Positions 48,939-61,436 of a DNA stretch of 64,000 bases are shown piece by piece; position 1 is the first letter of the stretch; each line of letters begins with the position of its first letter. The position numbers were made by a program, and so were the translations under genes. The stretch is from the NCBI RefSeq assembly GCF_947568905.1, contig NC_079164.1:52948001-53012000 (forward strand). Direction: 5' to 3'. Under the pieces are notes generated by a model. That model worked only from the letters and a program-made list of their open reading frames with translations, had not been told where the DNA came from and ran no database searches. Source of the DNA: Ostrea edulis. Taxonomy: Eukaryota.

Positions 48939-49613
48939 TGTGACGTGTGACCGAGCGGATTTACCAAAATTATTTTTAAAAAAAATATATATACTAAAGT
49001 AAAACTATTTTCTACAATTTAAACTGAGCTAACTGCTCAAAAAAAATTATTTCTGATTCATGGGATAAGCCCAAATAACTTCTGAGAACCGTTAGGGGCC
49101 TCCGTGGCCGAGTGGATAGAGCATCGCGCTCAAAATCACACGGCATCTCACCTCTGCTCGGCGCGGGTTCGAATACCGCTCGCGCTGGTAAGTGAGAAAG
49201 TTTCTCAGTTTACTTTCGAAAGGTCGGTGGTCTCTTCCCAGGTACATTGTATCTGGGTTCTTTCTTCCACCAAGAAAAACTGGGCGCCGCTAGATAACTG
49301 AAAAATTGTTGAGTGTGGCGGAAAACAGCAACCAATCAATCAATCTGAGAATCGTTAAAGAAAAAACAAAATGATAAAACAATCAATTACAACTTTGAAA
49401 CGTAGCACTGATTCTTAGCTAATAAAAACTCTAAATGGGATGGAAAACTTAATTCAGAAGCTGGCTCACATAGCTAAGTATGTATCTTTTATTAAAAAGA
49501 TTGTCCTAATTAGTAGTGAGATAGAGAAGGAAAAGCTTGTTTAGCCACGTCTAATCCCTGTCTTACCTAAGATGTTTTCAGTTTGTCTTCTACCAGCAAA
49601 ATGAGTAACTACA
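48939..49613 (-). mobile_element. Probable 5' LTR of the outer Gypsy, interrupted by a SINE
   Basis: Starts TGTGAC next to the PBS; a possible distal end CTACA at 49613; no second LTR is available to confirm it. Confidence 0.4.
49095..49343 (+). mobile_element. Full-length tRNA-derived SINE (second family)
   Basis: A box gtggccgagtgg, B box ggttcgaatacc, aatcaatc tail; 14-bp target duplication TCTGAGAA(C/T)CGTTA at 49081-94 and 49344-57. Confidence 0.9.
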
Positions 49614-49619
49614 GTGACT

Positions 49620-50935
49620 GAGCTCTTTAGTCATTTCGTGTTAAGGTACCTGTCGGCTACCTTTTGGTGTTCCCCAGGGATCTGTTTTGGGACCCAAATT
49701 ATACTGTCTTCTCGCAAGACCCACAGGAACAATATGTCATCGCCCTGGTATGAAGAACCATTGCTATGCAGACGATACACAAGTCTACTTGGTAATCAGA
49801 CCAGTAGAAAACCGGGTAAACTACGTGTCTCGCATGGAATCCCGCATCGCAGACATAGGATCTTGGATGACATCGAATCAAGAGAAGACTGAACTACCGG
49901 TAATTCTATTTTCAAGGAAACAACACTTAGACTGAGCCCCTACGCTACATCTCAAGGAAACAACACTTAGACTGAGCCCCTACGCTACATCTCAAGGAAA
50001 CAACACTTAGACTGAGCCCCTACGCTACATCTCAAGGAAACAACACTTAGACTGAGCCCCTACGCTACATCTCAAGGAAACAACACTTAGACTGAGCCCC
50101 TACACTACATCTCAAGGAAACAACACTTAGACTGAGCCCCTACGCTACATCTCAAGGAAACAACACTTAGACTGAGCCCCTACACTACATCTCAAGGAAA
50201 CAACACTTAGACTGAGCCCCTACACTACATCTCAAGGAAACAACACTTAGACTGAGCCCCTACGCTACATCTCAAGGAAACAACACCTAGACTGAGCCCC
50301 TACGCTACATCTCAAGGTGGGGGACCATACCAATCAAGAGTACATGTGTGAAAAATTTAGGAGTATTTTTTATCAACATCTTACAATGGAAAAACAAGTG
50401 TCGTCAGTCGTCAAATCATGTCACCATCAGATTTTAAACATCGGGCGGATAAGACGCTCCTTAACAAATGAAGCTTGCAAAACCCTGGTAAACGCCTTTG
50501 TAACACCTAAACTTGATTATGGAAACTATCTATATTTTAGAGTTGAGGGGAAAAAAAACATTGGACAGGCTGCAAACGGGTGCAGAAGACGACTGCTCGT
50601 ATAGTTACGAGGTCGCCGAAACGGAAACACATATTTCCAATTCTGCCGGAACTCCATTGGCTTCCATCCATTACCGATCCCAATTCAATATTTTGATCTA
50701 TACATATTGATCTGAGCCGTCATACATCGCAAGTACCGTATTTTAAATGAATACAGGCCAAGTCGACCATTACGGTCAGAATCGAAGTCGCGGCTTGTAG
50801 TGCCAAATATCAGAACCAAAAAATACGGACAACGCCAACTCAGCTGGGTTGCAGCACATCTCTGGAATGACCTTCCAGATGACATCAAGAAGTCAACATC
50901 TCTTGATTTTTTTTTAATAAATAAGCTTTTTAGAT
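49620..50935 (+). mobile_element. L2/CR1-type LINE RT 3' part (decayed)
   Basis: GVPQGSVLGP, HCYADDTQVY, NQEKTE, LTMEKQVSSVVKSC..NIGRIRRSLT..KLDYGN. Confidence 0.85.
49911..50317 (+). repeat. Minisatellite: 10 copies of a 40-bp unit
   Basis: ctcaaggaaacaacacttagactgagcccctacgctacat x10, with only G/A (units 5, 7, 8) and T/C (unit 10) variants plus T at the first base of unit 1. Confidence 0.97.
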
Positions 50936-50971
50936 TCTAATATAACTGTGACTGTTTTAATTATCAAAAAC

Positions 50972-51004
<33 letters not shown>

Positions 51005-51117
51005 AAAAAACCAAAACAACTTCTAGCTATTGATATTAATTATAGTGTTTTATTTTGATAATTTTACATATATAAGATCTTGAGTCATGCTATCATTTAA
51101 TTTCATTTAATTGTTTG

Positions 51118-52072
51118 TTCACCTAAGCCGAAAGCTGAAAGCTCAAGTAAGCTCTTCTGATCGCCTGTTGCCTGTCCGTCTGTCTGTAAACTTTTTACAT
51201 TTTCGACTTCTTCTCCAGAACCACCGGGCCAATTATAACCAAACTTAGCCAAAAGCATCCTTGGGTAAAGGGATTTCACTAATGTTCAAATAAACGGTAC
51301 TGCCCCTTCAAAGGGGAGATAATCTCAAAAATGCCAAAATAGGGTGAGGCCATTTAAAAATCTTCTCAAAAAACCACTGAGCCAGAGGAGCTGAAATTTA
51401 CATGAAAGCTTCCTGACATAGTGCAGATTTAAATTTGTTAAAATCATGACTCCTGGACCACAATAGGGGATTAAAGTTTTGCTTACAAATATATAGGGAA
51501 AATCTTTAAAAAATCTTCTTCCCAAAAAACACTGGGCCAGAAAAGTTTACATTTTCATGAAAGCTTCCTGACATAGTGCAGATTCAAGTTTGATAAAATC
51601 ATGGTCCCCGGAGGTAGGGTGGGGCCACAATAGGGGATCAAAGTTTTTCATACTAATACATAGAGAAAATCTTTAAAAATCTTCATCACAAGAACCATTG
51701 GGCCAAAGAAGTTTCCATTTATATGAAAGTTTCCTGATGCATAGCTCTTATCCTTGGACGAATTTGACTCCACTTTTTGGCACTCTGTTTTCCCCTAAAA
51801 TAGCTCTTAAAGTTTATTGTTATTTCGGATTTTAAAAATTTCGATTAAGCATCACTGAGGAGAGATTGTTTGTCGAAATGTGCATCAGGTGTATCAAAAT
51901 TGGTACCGTTTAAGTTTTACATAGAACAGATTCAAGCTTGTAAAAATCATGCCCCCCGGGGATAGGTTCGGGCCACAATAGGGGCCAAAGTTTTACATGC
52001 GAATATATTTGGAAAATCTTTAGATACGGGCCAAGGGGACTCAGGTGAGCGATGTGGCCCATGGGCCTTTTG
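51118..52072 (+). mobile_element. HINE/pearl-like element interrupted by a retrozyme fragment
   Basis: Same 5' hairpin, core and 3' end (gtgagcgatgtggcccatgggcc) as 28611-29411. Confidence 0.85.
51739..51920 (+). mobile_element. 5'-truncated retrozyme-like copy with a decayed hammerhead
   Basis: Aligns to about 58713-58898; core gcatca-CTGAGGA-gagattgtttgtc-GAA-atgtgcat-C at 51849-51886. Confidence 0.8.
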
Positions 52073-52790
52073 TGTTTCATTGTTGCATTCCTCTTCTTAC
52101 TCTTGTAAAGCGCCATAGAGTAATTTGTTTTTATAAAAGGCACTATATGAATTTTATTATTATTATTATTAATGTCACATATATCATATTATGTATAGCC
52201 ATTTATTAGTATAGGCTCTTTTGAGGGAAATTTAAGTTTTTAAAAAACATCTTGTTTTATATGTGTACTTTTGCTGAATATTAGAATTTAGCTTAGATAA
52301 TCAGAACAGGAAATTTTTAGTGATACTTTTAACTAATACTCAGGTGACCGATAAGGCCTGTTGGCCTCTCGTTTTATTTGGAATTTTGAATTATAAAGCA
52401 CGCACTAATTGCTGACTGTATGCGCTCTATATATACATGTATTCATTAAGTATCGTGGCATAGCTAGGAAATTTGAATTAATTAATCATATTATATGAAA
52501 TAAATATACCTCTGATACAGTTTAGAGTAAAAATTTAATAGTTGCTGTCTTCAACTAAATTATGGACATAAGCGAGCATTGATTTATTTGATACCCATTG
52601 GGTCTATAGAGTGAAATATTAGTACACTGCGTAAAATAAGTGAATAATGACATCTTAAGTAATTATTACATCTCCAATGATATGAGTTAATGCACATTGA
52701 TATTAATTGATGCATACATTGTTTTGTTTTGTTTGAAAGATCGTATGTCTCAGAAAACGTTTTCTAAACAATCAAAAGCTAAAATTCAAA

Positions 52791-52799
52791 ACACACACA

Positions 52800-52879
<80 letters not shown>
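52791..52879. repeat. (AC)n(AG)n microsatellite
   Basis: Seen directly. Confidence 0.95.
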
Positions 52880-52881
<2 letters not shown>

Positions 52882-53875
52882 TTATTTCAAATTAAGTGCA
52901 TCAGATATGGGCAGATATGTTTGTTTAACAGATCTATATATTCACATGAGTTCTTCTATATTGTAAACGAGCATAGCACGATATGTGGACGAGTTCATTG
53001 CTGATTAGGGGGGGAGGGGGGGGGGCTACTTCGAGTCCTCTGCAAACAGTAAATAAATGGATTTAGTAATTCATTCAAGCAATGTTAATTGGTGGAGTTG
53101 GTGGGCCCAGATTAATTCTATACTGAGTGGGAGTGGGGGTTGGTGGGCCCAGATTAATTCTTTCTAAGGAAAATTCTATTTCTAGCCATCTATCGTTTCC
53201 GGTTCTGTTACTAAAATGCACAAAGTTCGTGAGTTCCATCGACAGGAACGATATTGATTGTCACGGGACAAGCACAGGGACTGTTAGATGTGATGCATAG
53301 TATTACATCGAGACCAGTTACAACTAACACTAAAACTAGGTAAAAATTGTATTGCTTACAACCTAATCAACTTTTTTTTATTAAGGTAAACGCAAAGGAA
53401 ACATTTTAAATTGTCCACTGAAAAACAATGCCAAGCAATCTAAATGCAGATATATAGAAGACCACTTCTTACGACATAATTCTATTTGTGATATGTGTGG
53501 TCACCATACTGAAAACTTTTCATATTTTCCCAATGCCCTGAGTTCGATGATCATAGATTTAATATAGTTTCATCTATCAATGAAATGCTGTTCCTGTATC
53601 ATTGGATTTACTTCTATATGGTGAAAAATGTCAAAGTTTTAAAGACAATAATTGTTTTTTGAAATTGTTCAAAAGTATATTCTAGATACTAAAAGGTTCC
53701 TATAAGTGTCTTATTATATATAGTTGTATCACTTGCCAATGATGCAAAACTTCTTACATACTGATTTAAATATAATGTACGTGTGAATTTCCATCCCATT
53801 ATACATGTACATGGTATATTCCTATTAATTTTTTTGCCGGTACTGCCCTTTTCTGTTCAACCTTGTATTTGTTTA

Positions 53876-53877
<2 letters not shown>

Positions 53878-53914
<37 letters not shown>
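53878..53914. repeat. (CT)n microsatellite
   Basis: Seen directly. Confidence 0.95.
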
Positions 53915-53916
<2 letters not shown>

Positions 53917-55849
53917 GCATGCAAATATATATGCATGCATGTGTAGGTATATTTATATATATACTTATTTTGTGTTTCTGTGCCTGCTGCCCAATCCCAT
54001 TCACTTTATTTAAATCGGAACTAGGTAGATGTAACTCTAGAGACCCAGAGAAGTGAAACAAACAGCTTATATAATACTTCACCGCCCGATATTGCAATTA
54101 AGTTCTGATAACCCAGCAGAATGATTTGTTTATTCGCTTGCCTCAGATGAAGTACAATAGGTAACGTTAGCCTCAAATCTGTTCCATTTTTTTTTTTTTT
54201 TTAACATGTATTTCAAAGCCACATGAGTCAAATATATTAAAGATAAGGTCAATGGACTGTAATTGCGTTCTCTTGAGTTCTCGTGGCCACTGGTTGCCTT
54301 ATTTATATCAGATCCCTGAAATTCTTGCCTAACTTGGGCTTAGTCGTGGACTTTGGAGTATGGAGAGTGTTGGATCCCTGTCACCCCCCCCCCCCCTAAC
54401 CCTGCCCCCCCCCCCTCCCACACACACACACACACTCTATGCGGAGGAAGTGATAATCCCAGTTGACTTGAATGTATTTTATTCAGCACAGCCACCTACT
54501 ACGTTCCGTGATCTGTCCTCTACCGTTTTATCTCCAATTGCTTTTACGAGTAAGAACATTTACACATCCTTTCATCTTGAGCATTAAGGCCAGAGTTGGA
54601 ATGCAGTGGTAAATATTTCTACAAACAAGTATCCATATCGAGCTACAGAACGATTTCGGAAGCCTATTTTATTCACAGTTCATATATTAGGAAATACATT
54701 CAGTAAACAAATTGGTTCAGTGACCACAGATTGCGTAAACAAATCTGGGGTTGTTTTTGTTTTAGTTTTTACTTTTAGGATGAGATTCTTCGGTCTTGGA
54801 TATACTTTTAGGCAACACAAAATGCACTGAAAAAAACCCCCAAAACATTAAGTCAAAACATGAATATGACATCTGCTTTATATCTAAATTATTCTCCCCA
54901 GTCAAGTCGACCTGCTCTTATTTCAAGACCTTTCTAAAGCAAAAATGAAAACGTTACTGATTCTAAATTCTATGCATTTCATAATCATAGATCCAATGTG
55001 ATTGGCGCAACAGTTGCTAAGAAGATCAATTCTGATTAGGCATCCTATTTAATGATTGCCGAGGATAAACATCAATCGTAATGATATGATGAACTTCCCA
55101 TACACACTTGTCAATCTCATTTCTGCGTTTCTTTTTCCAGCTGATAGACGGCTGTATTAATTGGGGGGGAAATGAAATTGGATATTTGATAAAAACAATA
55201 CCCAATTTGATGACAGGATGCGTTGTTTTACCATTTTTCGGGCCCTGTTCGTTCGAACTCTGTTCGGGGGGCACGGGCTGATCGCTATTTGGCGCCTGTA
55301 CATGGCGATAGGAGATATTTGGTGTTGGTATCTCACGGCCACACTTCTGGGTCTGCTTATAGAAACCATTGTCACCCTGGCCGTCAAACGAGGCAAGGAA
55401 TGGAAGTGGTGAGTAGTTTGAACTATAACAATTACTTTGAAATGGGTTTTCCCTCCTTTCATTATCGATACGTCGGAGACCTTGCAACTCTAATTGTATA
55501 TAGTATATGTTTCACACATTGTTGTAACGTCAGAATACACTGAAATAAAACACATATTGATAACGGTATCTTGTTAAATTATACTTGGAATTTTTACTGA
55601 AGTATAGAGACACCTATCATCTTAATGGTTCTATTACTTTATTCAAATTGATGTAGTGTTTTAGTCATTTAGGAGTTAATATTTTTTATAAAAGAAAATT
55701 TAGTAAAACTCGAAACATCTTAGCATCACAGGAAAACCATGTTCATATATAATAGTGAAAATATGTAATGAAAACACACGGAATATGGAAACTAAATTGC
55801 ATGTATTTCAAACATATGTAAGTAACGTTTTGAATTACTGCTGTGAAGT

Positions 55850-56480
55850 CTGGGGGTTTTGTATACTGCAAAAGATGTAGGAAAAGTGCAGTTAGAATTT
55901 TGTAAAAGAATTTTATTATATCATCAGATTCTATCGTATTATCAGAATTTTATTGTATTATCAGAATCGGGAAGATTACTAGTAAGAAAAGAAAGAATTT
56001 TGAAATATTGGGTTAAACTTTTAGATACAGATAATCAGTGTATAATCATATTATATATGTTAATAGATATTGTTTACATCACAATTGGTTAACTGCTGCC
56101 AGAAATTTGCTGCAAAATTTAAGACTTGGATATTTTGAACCTTTGGGATAACCAGTATGTTGAAATGAAATCATCATTTCTTTTTAGTTATCATCAACTG
56201 TTGAATGATTCAACTATACAAGAGATGCATTCATTTTTTGAAAGGTCCTATACAAGCACCCACCTGATAGTTTCTACAGAACTACTGAGTATTTAAAATT
56301 TTACTACGATTTTCAATAAATCTAAAACGTCTTCACATGAGCTGTTGATAGAAAAGGGCCGATACTCAAACATAAGAAGGTCTCCAAAGCAAAATGTCAA
56401 AAATGGGATTTAAACAAATTTGAAGACGAATACCATTTTGTTCTGTCATGTCCTTATTATTCTGATTTACGACAAATATA
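55850..56480 (+). mobile_element. CR1-like LINE C-terminal fragment (decayed)
   Basis: KVQLEFCKRIL, RKERILKYWVKLL, SSHELLIEKGRY, EDEYHFVLSCPYY. Confidence 0.7.
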
Positions 56481-57377
56481 TACTTTAAACGATATTATTT
56501 AATTTTACTGGACCATCCATGTTTAAACATGTGCAATTTTTTTCTATAAGAAACAGATAAACATGTAATTTAGTAAGGTTTTTGATAGAGGCACTGAGCC
56601 TAAGACACTTTATATGTTTATCCATCCTCCATATTTGGTCACATGGGTATTTGCATATGATTACATTCACTATAATGATTACATTCACTAATATGTTCTT
56701 ACTTAATTGTTATATATCTACACTACAACAATGCGATGTTTTCTAGGTTTCAATCAAGTAAACTGACCACCAACCGAGATACATTGGACATTGCAGACAT
56801 TTCATAATGTAAATTTTGAGTATCATTTTCTGAATCGATAAAAATGCTTTCTTGTTATCAATTAATCTTGATGAAATATGGTGTACTTTTGTCGGGTAAG
56901 CCTGAAGATTTGCTATTAATATTTTCTCTACTACTCAAGTAAATTCTTCATGTTAAAGAGTTGTGTATGAAACGAACACAGGTGTTCAAGAATGTTTGAA
57001 AAGTGCTTATGAAATTCTTAATAGGTTGATATAAAGCTGAGCTACAGATTCTTGTCAGAGTAAGCACCCGGAGTTATTCAGGTGATGATAGCATTAATTC
57101 TCTATGTTTCGCCACGAAGGTTATGCATACTTCTGATCACAAAGATCACCAGTCTACTACATGTATTGGGGTGATGTTCTGATCAGGCCAATAGCTCTTT
57201 CACTTCTTCATACGGTCGGTGAAGGAACGAAACTGTGAGGGCAAAGGAGCGAGAACTCGAGGGAGATACTAATATCGCTCTTTCGCCTTCGTCTTTCGTC
57301 CTCCCAACTTCACTCTTTCGCACTTTCACACTTTTGCTATACGCATGTCCAAGATCAACAGGTCGTGAATTTCTGTT

Positions 57378-57416
<39 letters not shown>

Positions 57417-58480
57417 TTGAGGAGAGCAGTTTAATTTATTTGATGCGCTTTCAGTAAGAAATTATGATTAAACAACCTTGGAGATCAGACGGGTAGAGCG
57501 CCTCAATGGAGATTCCAGTCTGGTCCGTTGCATTTTCCCCCTCACTGTTACAACCATTTCAATTTATTACACTGATGTTCTCGGGTTTTGTTTGAAAGTT
57601 TTCTTTACAGGCGATTGTAGCAGCATTTTCCGTATACACTAGTTTATTAGCTTTTAGCTGGTGTATGAAAAGGCCTTTGTGTTTTATTTTCAGTGTATGA
57701 CAGAGGAAAATCGGACCGAAATGCTAAACAAAATCTTTTTTTCCGTTGAACAAAATTGACAATGAATGAAATTAACATATCTTCATATCACCGAGAAATT
57801 CCCAGTGTTTCGTATATAATCTATGGCCGATATAGTACTTGGTGATATACTTATTTCAATTATGATGTCACATTGTTTCGCGGATTTTATTCCAGTAAAG
57901 ATTTTCACGACCTGCCTTAGCGGTCGGGTCCGCGTTATGACCCTATTACGTGTTCCTCCTTTTTTCTATGTATCATACAATTTCTCTGTACTCATTTTAA
58001 TTTTTTTTTTTTTTTTTTGCATCATAATTTAGACATACTGAGGAAAGTACATGCTATTTTTCGATTGTGACTGCAAAGAACTGTTCAAACTAGAGGAGGA
58101 AGGTGGTCTGTAGATGTGCGATAATCGTTAATGTAACTACAATCATCTGTATTTTATAACTTTTTTCAATTAATTTTGATTTCACCAACAAAAGCTAAGA
58201 AACTGACTCATGATTATCATCTGATTACTTTGATTACCGGGGATTCTGGATGCTTTAATAAACCTTTCTTTTTAGTATGATTTTCTCCCCAAAATTATAA
58301 AGGGATAGCAATGGACCTTTCAAAATGTTTAAAACGTTGAAATAGATATTACTATGTTATTAAGTTAATATCATTATCATATGCATATTTTTCTTCTAAA
58401 TATCTTTGAACTGTATAAGAAATTGTTTCCAGTTATCATCTTTAGGTTTTCTGTAAATAATGAAATTTTGATGATTTATT

Positions 58481-58899
58481 GAGACATTATTTGTCGAAAT
58501 GCGCATCTGGTGCATCAAAATTGGTACCGTATAAGTTTTACATTATGACCCCTGGGTCGAGGCCTCTGCTGGTGTACTGTTAGTTCCCGAGGGTCTCTAC
58601 AGCCCAGTAGCTAAGTACTTCGTTACTAGCTTGAAAATACGGTTGTATATATATTTAATTGCTGTTATAAAATTTAGAAATTCATTTCAAAATTAAGGAT
58701 TATCTCCCTCATGCATAGCTCTTATCCTTGGACGAATTTGGCTCCACTTTTTTGGCATGCTGGTTTTGGCTATATTTAGCTCTAAAACTTCATAGTTATT
58801 TCGGATTTCAAACATTTCGGTTGAGCATCACTGAAGAGACATTATTTGTCGAAATGCGCATCTGGTGCATCAAAATTGGTACCGTATAAGTTTTACATT
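58481..58899 (+). mobile_element. Non-LTR retrozyme-like element: 355-nt monomer plus 64-nt terminal redundancy
   Basis: 58481-58544 is repeated exactly at 58836-58899; both repeats contain hammerhead sequence. Confidence 0.85.
58825..58868 (+). ncRNA. Minimal type I hammerhead ribozyme
   Basis: Stem I GCAUCA/UGGUGC (6 bp, one G-U); core CUGAAGA (58831-37); stem II GACA/UGUC with UUAUU loop; GAA; palindromic stem III AUGCGCAU; cleavage triplet AUC (C at 58862). Confidence 0.88.
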
Positions 58900-58999
58900 G
58901 ATAATGATGCATATATCACAGATAAATTAGAACCAGTATATCCCCAGGGCTACCAAAGCACCCAATTCCTATCGGCAAACATTTTGATATACCAACTTC

Positions 59000-59770
59000 A
59001 GTTGAAGACCTGTAAAAGCTAAACGCAAATGTTGAAGTAATTGATTATCCGATTACAAGGGATAAAAGTGTCAAATCAATGAATAAGTTAAGAAATGACA
59101 AAGCTCCAGGTTGTGACAATATTTTGAATGAACACATTAAAGCTGCTATATATACTTTTCTACCATTATATGAAATATTGTTTAACATCATTTTTGATAC
59201 AGGTTTTGTTGCAGAAGAGTGCATGGTTGATTGACATTATTAAACCAATCTATAAAAACAAGGGTGATCCATCAAAGCCAGAAAATTATAGACCAGTCAC
59301 TTTATGAAGCCATCTAGGGAAAGTATTTACGTATGTTTTAAGTACTCGCTTGGAAAATTCTGCAGATGATTAATCACTTATCAAAGAGAGTCAGGTGGGA
59401 TCTAGGAAAGGTTTCTCCACTCTTTATAATATTATTGTACTTCAGTTTTTATCCAATGCTCTTACCAATAGCAAAAAGAAAATATTTTGTACATTTTTAG
59501 ATTTTAAAAAGGCTTTTAATACTATTTAGAGAGATGGACTCTGATACAAACTTTTGAAAAGTGGAATATATGGTAAATGCTTCGCGTATATACAAAATAT
59601 GTGCAAAAATATAAAATCAATGAAATATACAAAGATATAAAATCAAAGATACATGTATGTGCTAATGGTATATCATCGGAATATTTTAACTGCAGTGCTG
59701 GTGTTCGTCAAGGAGAACACGTATCTTCATTTTTGTTCTCATTATATATAAATGATGTAGAAGATTATTA
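59000..59770 (+). mobile_element. CR1-like LINE RT fragment (decayed)
   Basis: KLRNDKAPGCDNILNEHIK, KPIYKNKGDPSKPENYRP, FLDFKKAF, GVRQGEHVSSFLFSLYIND. Confidence 0.85.
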
Positions 59771-61436
59771 CAAAGACTGGTACTTCGGACAAGGTCTCTC
59801 CTCCATTGCCAATTGGTGGAGTGGGTATCAAGGCTGTAGTAACGTCCTGTGTAGCCCCAGTTAACTTTTATTTAGTTTTTGATTTGTACCACTACATGCA
59901 TGTATGACATTATGCCCTCCGTCTTTGTATGACAGATGGGGTTGGATCGAAAGCTGTGTGGTAATGATTCCACGTGTAAATGTTATCTCTACCCAGAGTT
60001 CCGTGCGCTACGAGCACTACACATCTGTCAACGGCTTTTTGCAGAAATCTTGTAAAAGTATCTAATATCCAACATTTATGCTTAGGACTAAATATTTAGT
60101 CATATTATGAAATGATTTTGGTGCAATTAAATTGATGCTTACTGTAAATTGTTTAAAAACGCTATTTTCTGATCCTGAATTTTGAACTACTTCTTAATAT
60201 GCGTATGGGTGTAGGACATTCACGTGGTGGATATTTAATGTAAATATGGGATCAAAAGTAAGAAGGGCTGTAAAAAATACAATAAAACTTGTAATATAAG
60301 AGACAAACAGATGAATGGTAAAAAGATGCTTAATAAAGTGCAAGTGGGCTATGAAAAGAGCCTGATGTAACACCTGTTGCCAAAACTTTTAAAGGGAAAG
60401 GAAACAAGAATGACTGTTTATATCATGTGAATATATTGTTACGCGATTTCATGCGTTGACAGAGGTGTAAGTTTTCGTAACGCGCCCTCTGGTGAGAGAA
60501 TGGTGTAGTTGTATACCAAGTGGAAGAGGAAGTTAGAGCTAAGGATTAAGTTGTACCCGAGATGACTCAATTTGGTGACGGGTTATACACAGATAATGAT
60601 ACATGTAGCTTGTTAGAGACACGGTGAATCCTCGGTGAATGAAATGGCATTATTTAAGATGGTAATCAAATAATCCCCATTATAATCTACGATTCAAAAC
60701 TTATGTTTTTGGAAACGTTTACTACAAGAAATCGGATTGATAAATCTGCATTTGTTCTAAAAATGTAGTTTAAAGATAAAAATAGGTTTAAAGAGCATCT
60801 ACATGTAAATTATATGGGAATTTTTTTTCTGTAGACCTTCTTATTACTGACTCTAAACTACATTTATGATTAAAATCTAGACCGATTGAACCCTACTTTC
60901 GGCTTGATTGTTTTGCCTGTTCAGTCAAGGGTTCAACCTGAAATCTAAAGAGGGTGCAAATTAAATTGAGTAGGCCTCCAATCAATGAACTCTTCAATCA
61001 GAGCGGAGATGGGGTGGGGGGTGGGGGGGGGGGGGGGGGTCGAGAGCCGGTAAAACTGTTTGCGACCGTAAAATCAGCATTAACAAATGAGGAGATGGTT
61101 ATTCCCTAAGTCACACATGTATATACACATGTATATATGTAGTTTAACTTCTAAAAGTGTATTTTACATTTGAAAAGTATAGTTTTCAATACAGAACCAT
61201 CATAATGATCGTGGAGACCGTGAACCCAGTAAGGATTCGATCTCAAAAGTGTACGTGACGTCAAGTTTCAAAGTTTTTTTTAAAAATCCCATCATTTATA
61301 CTTTTTAACAAGATTTAGAATCAACAACTATGTCTCATTTATCCAAATTGCAGTGTTGCTAAAATTATTTTTGTTACAGTAATTTAACATATACATGTGT
61401 ATAGACAGAGCAGTACAAAATAAATACAGTAGTTTA

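Noticed and set aside
49911-50317. CRISPR-like appearance of the 40-bp array
   Set aside because: Units are head-to-tail with no unique spacers, lie inside a LINE RT, and there are no cas genes; the context is eukaryotic.
52697-54097. ORFs with (ER)n, (HT)n or (LS)n runs
   Set aside because: They are translations of dinucleotide microsatellites.
55026-55543. Overlapping 100-150-aa ORFs in a GC-richer patch
   Set aside because: No recognisable domain or splice structure; probably the interior of an unidentified non-autonomous element.
57075-57185. Box C/D snoRNA-like motifs (GTGATGA..CTGA..GTGATGT-CTGA)
   Set aside because: No terminal stem, only one base between the second C-like box and the D box, and no host intron identified.
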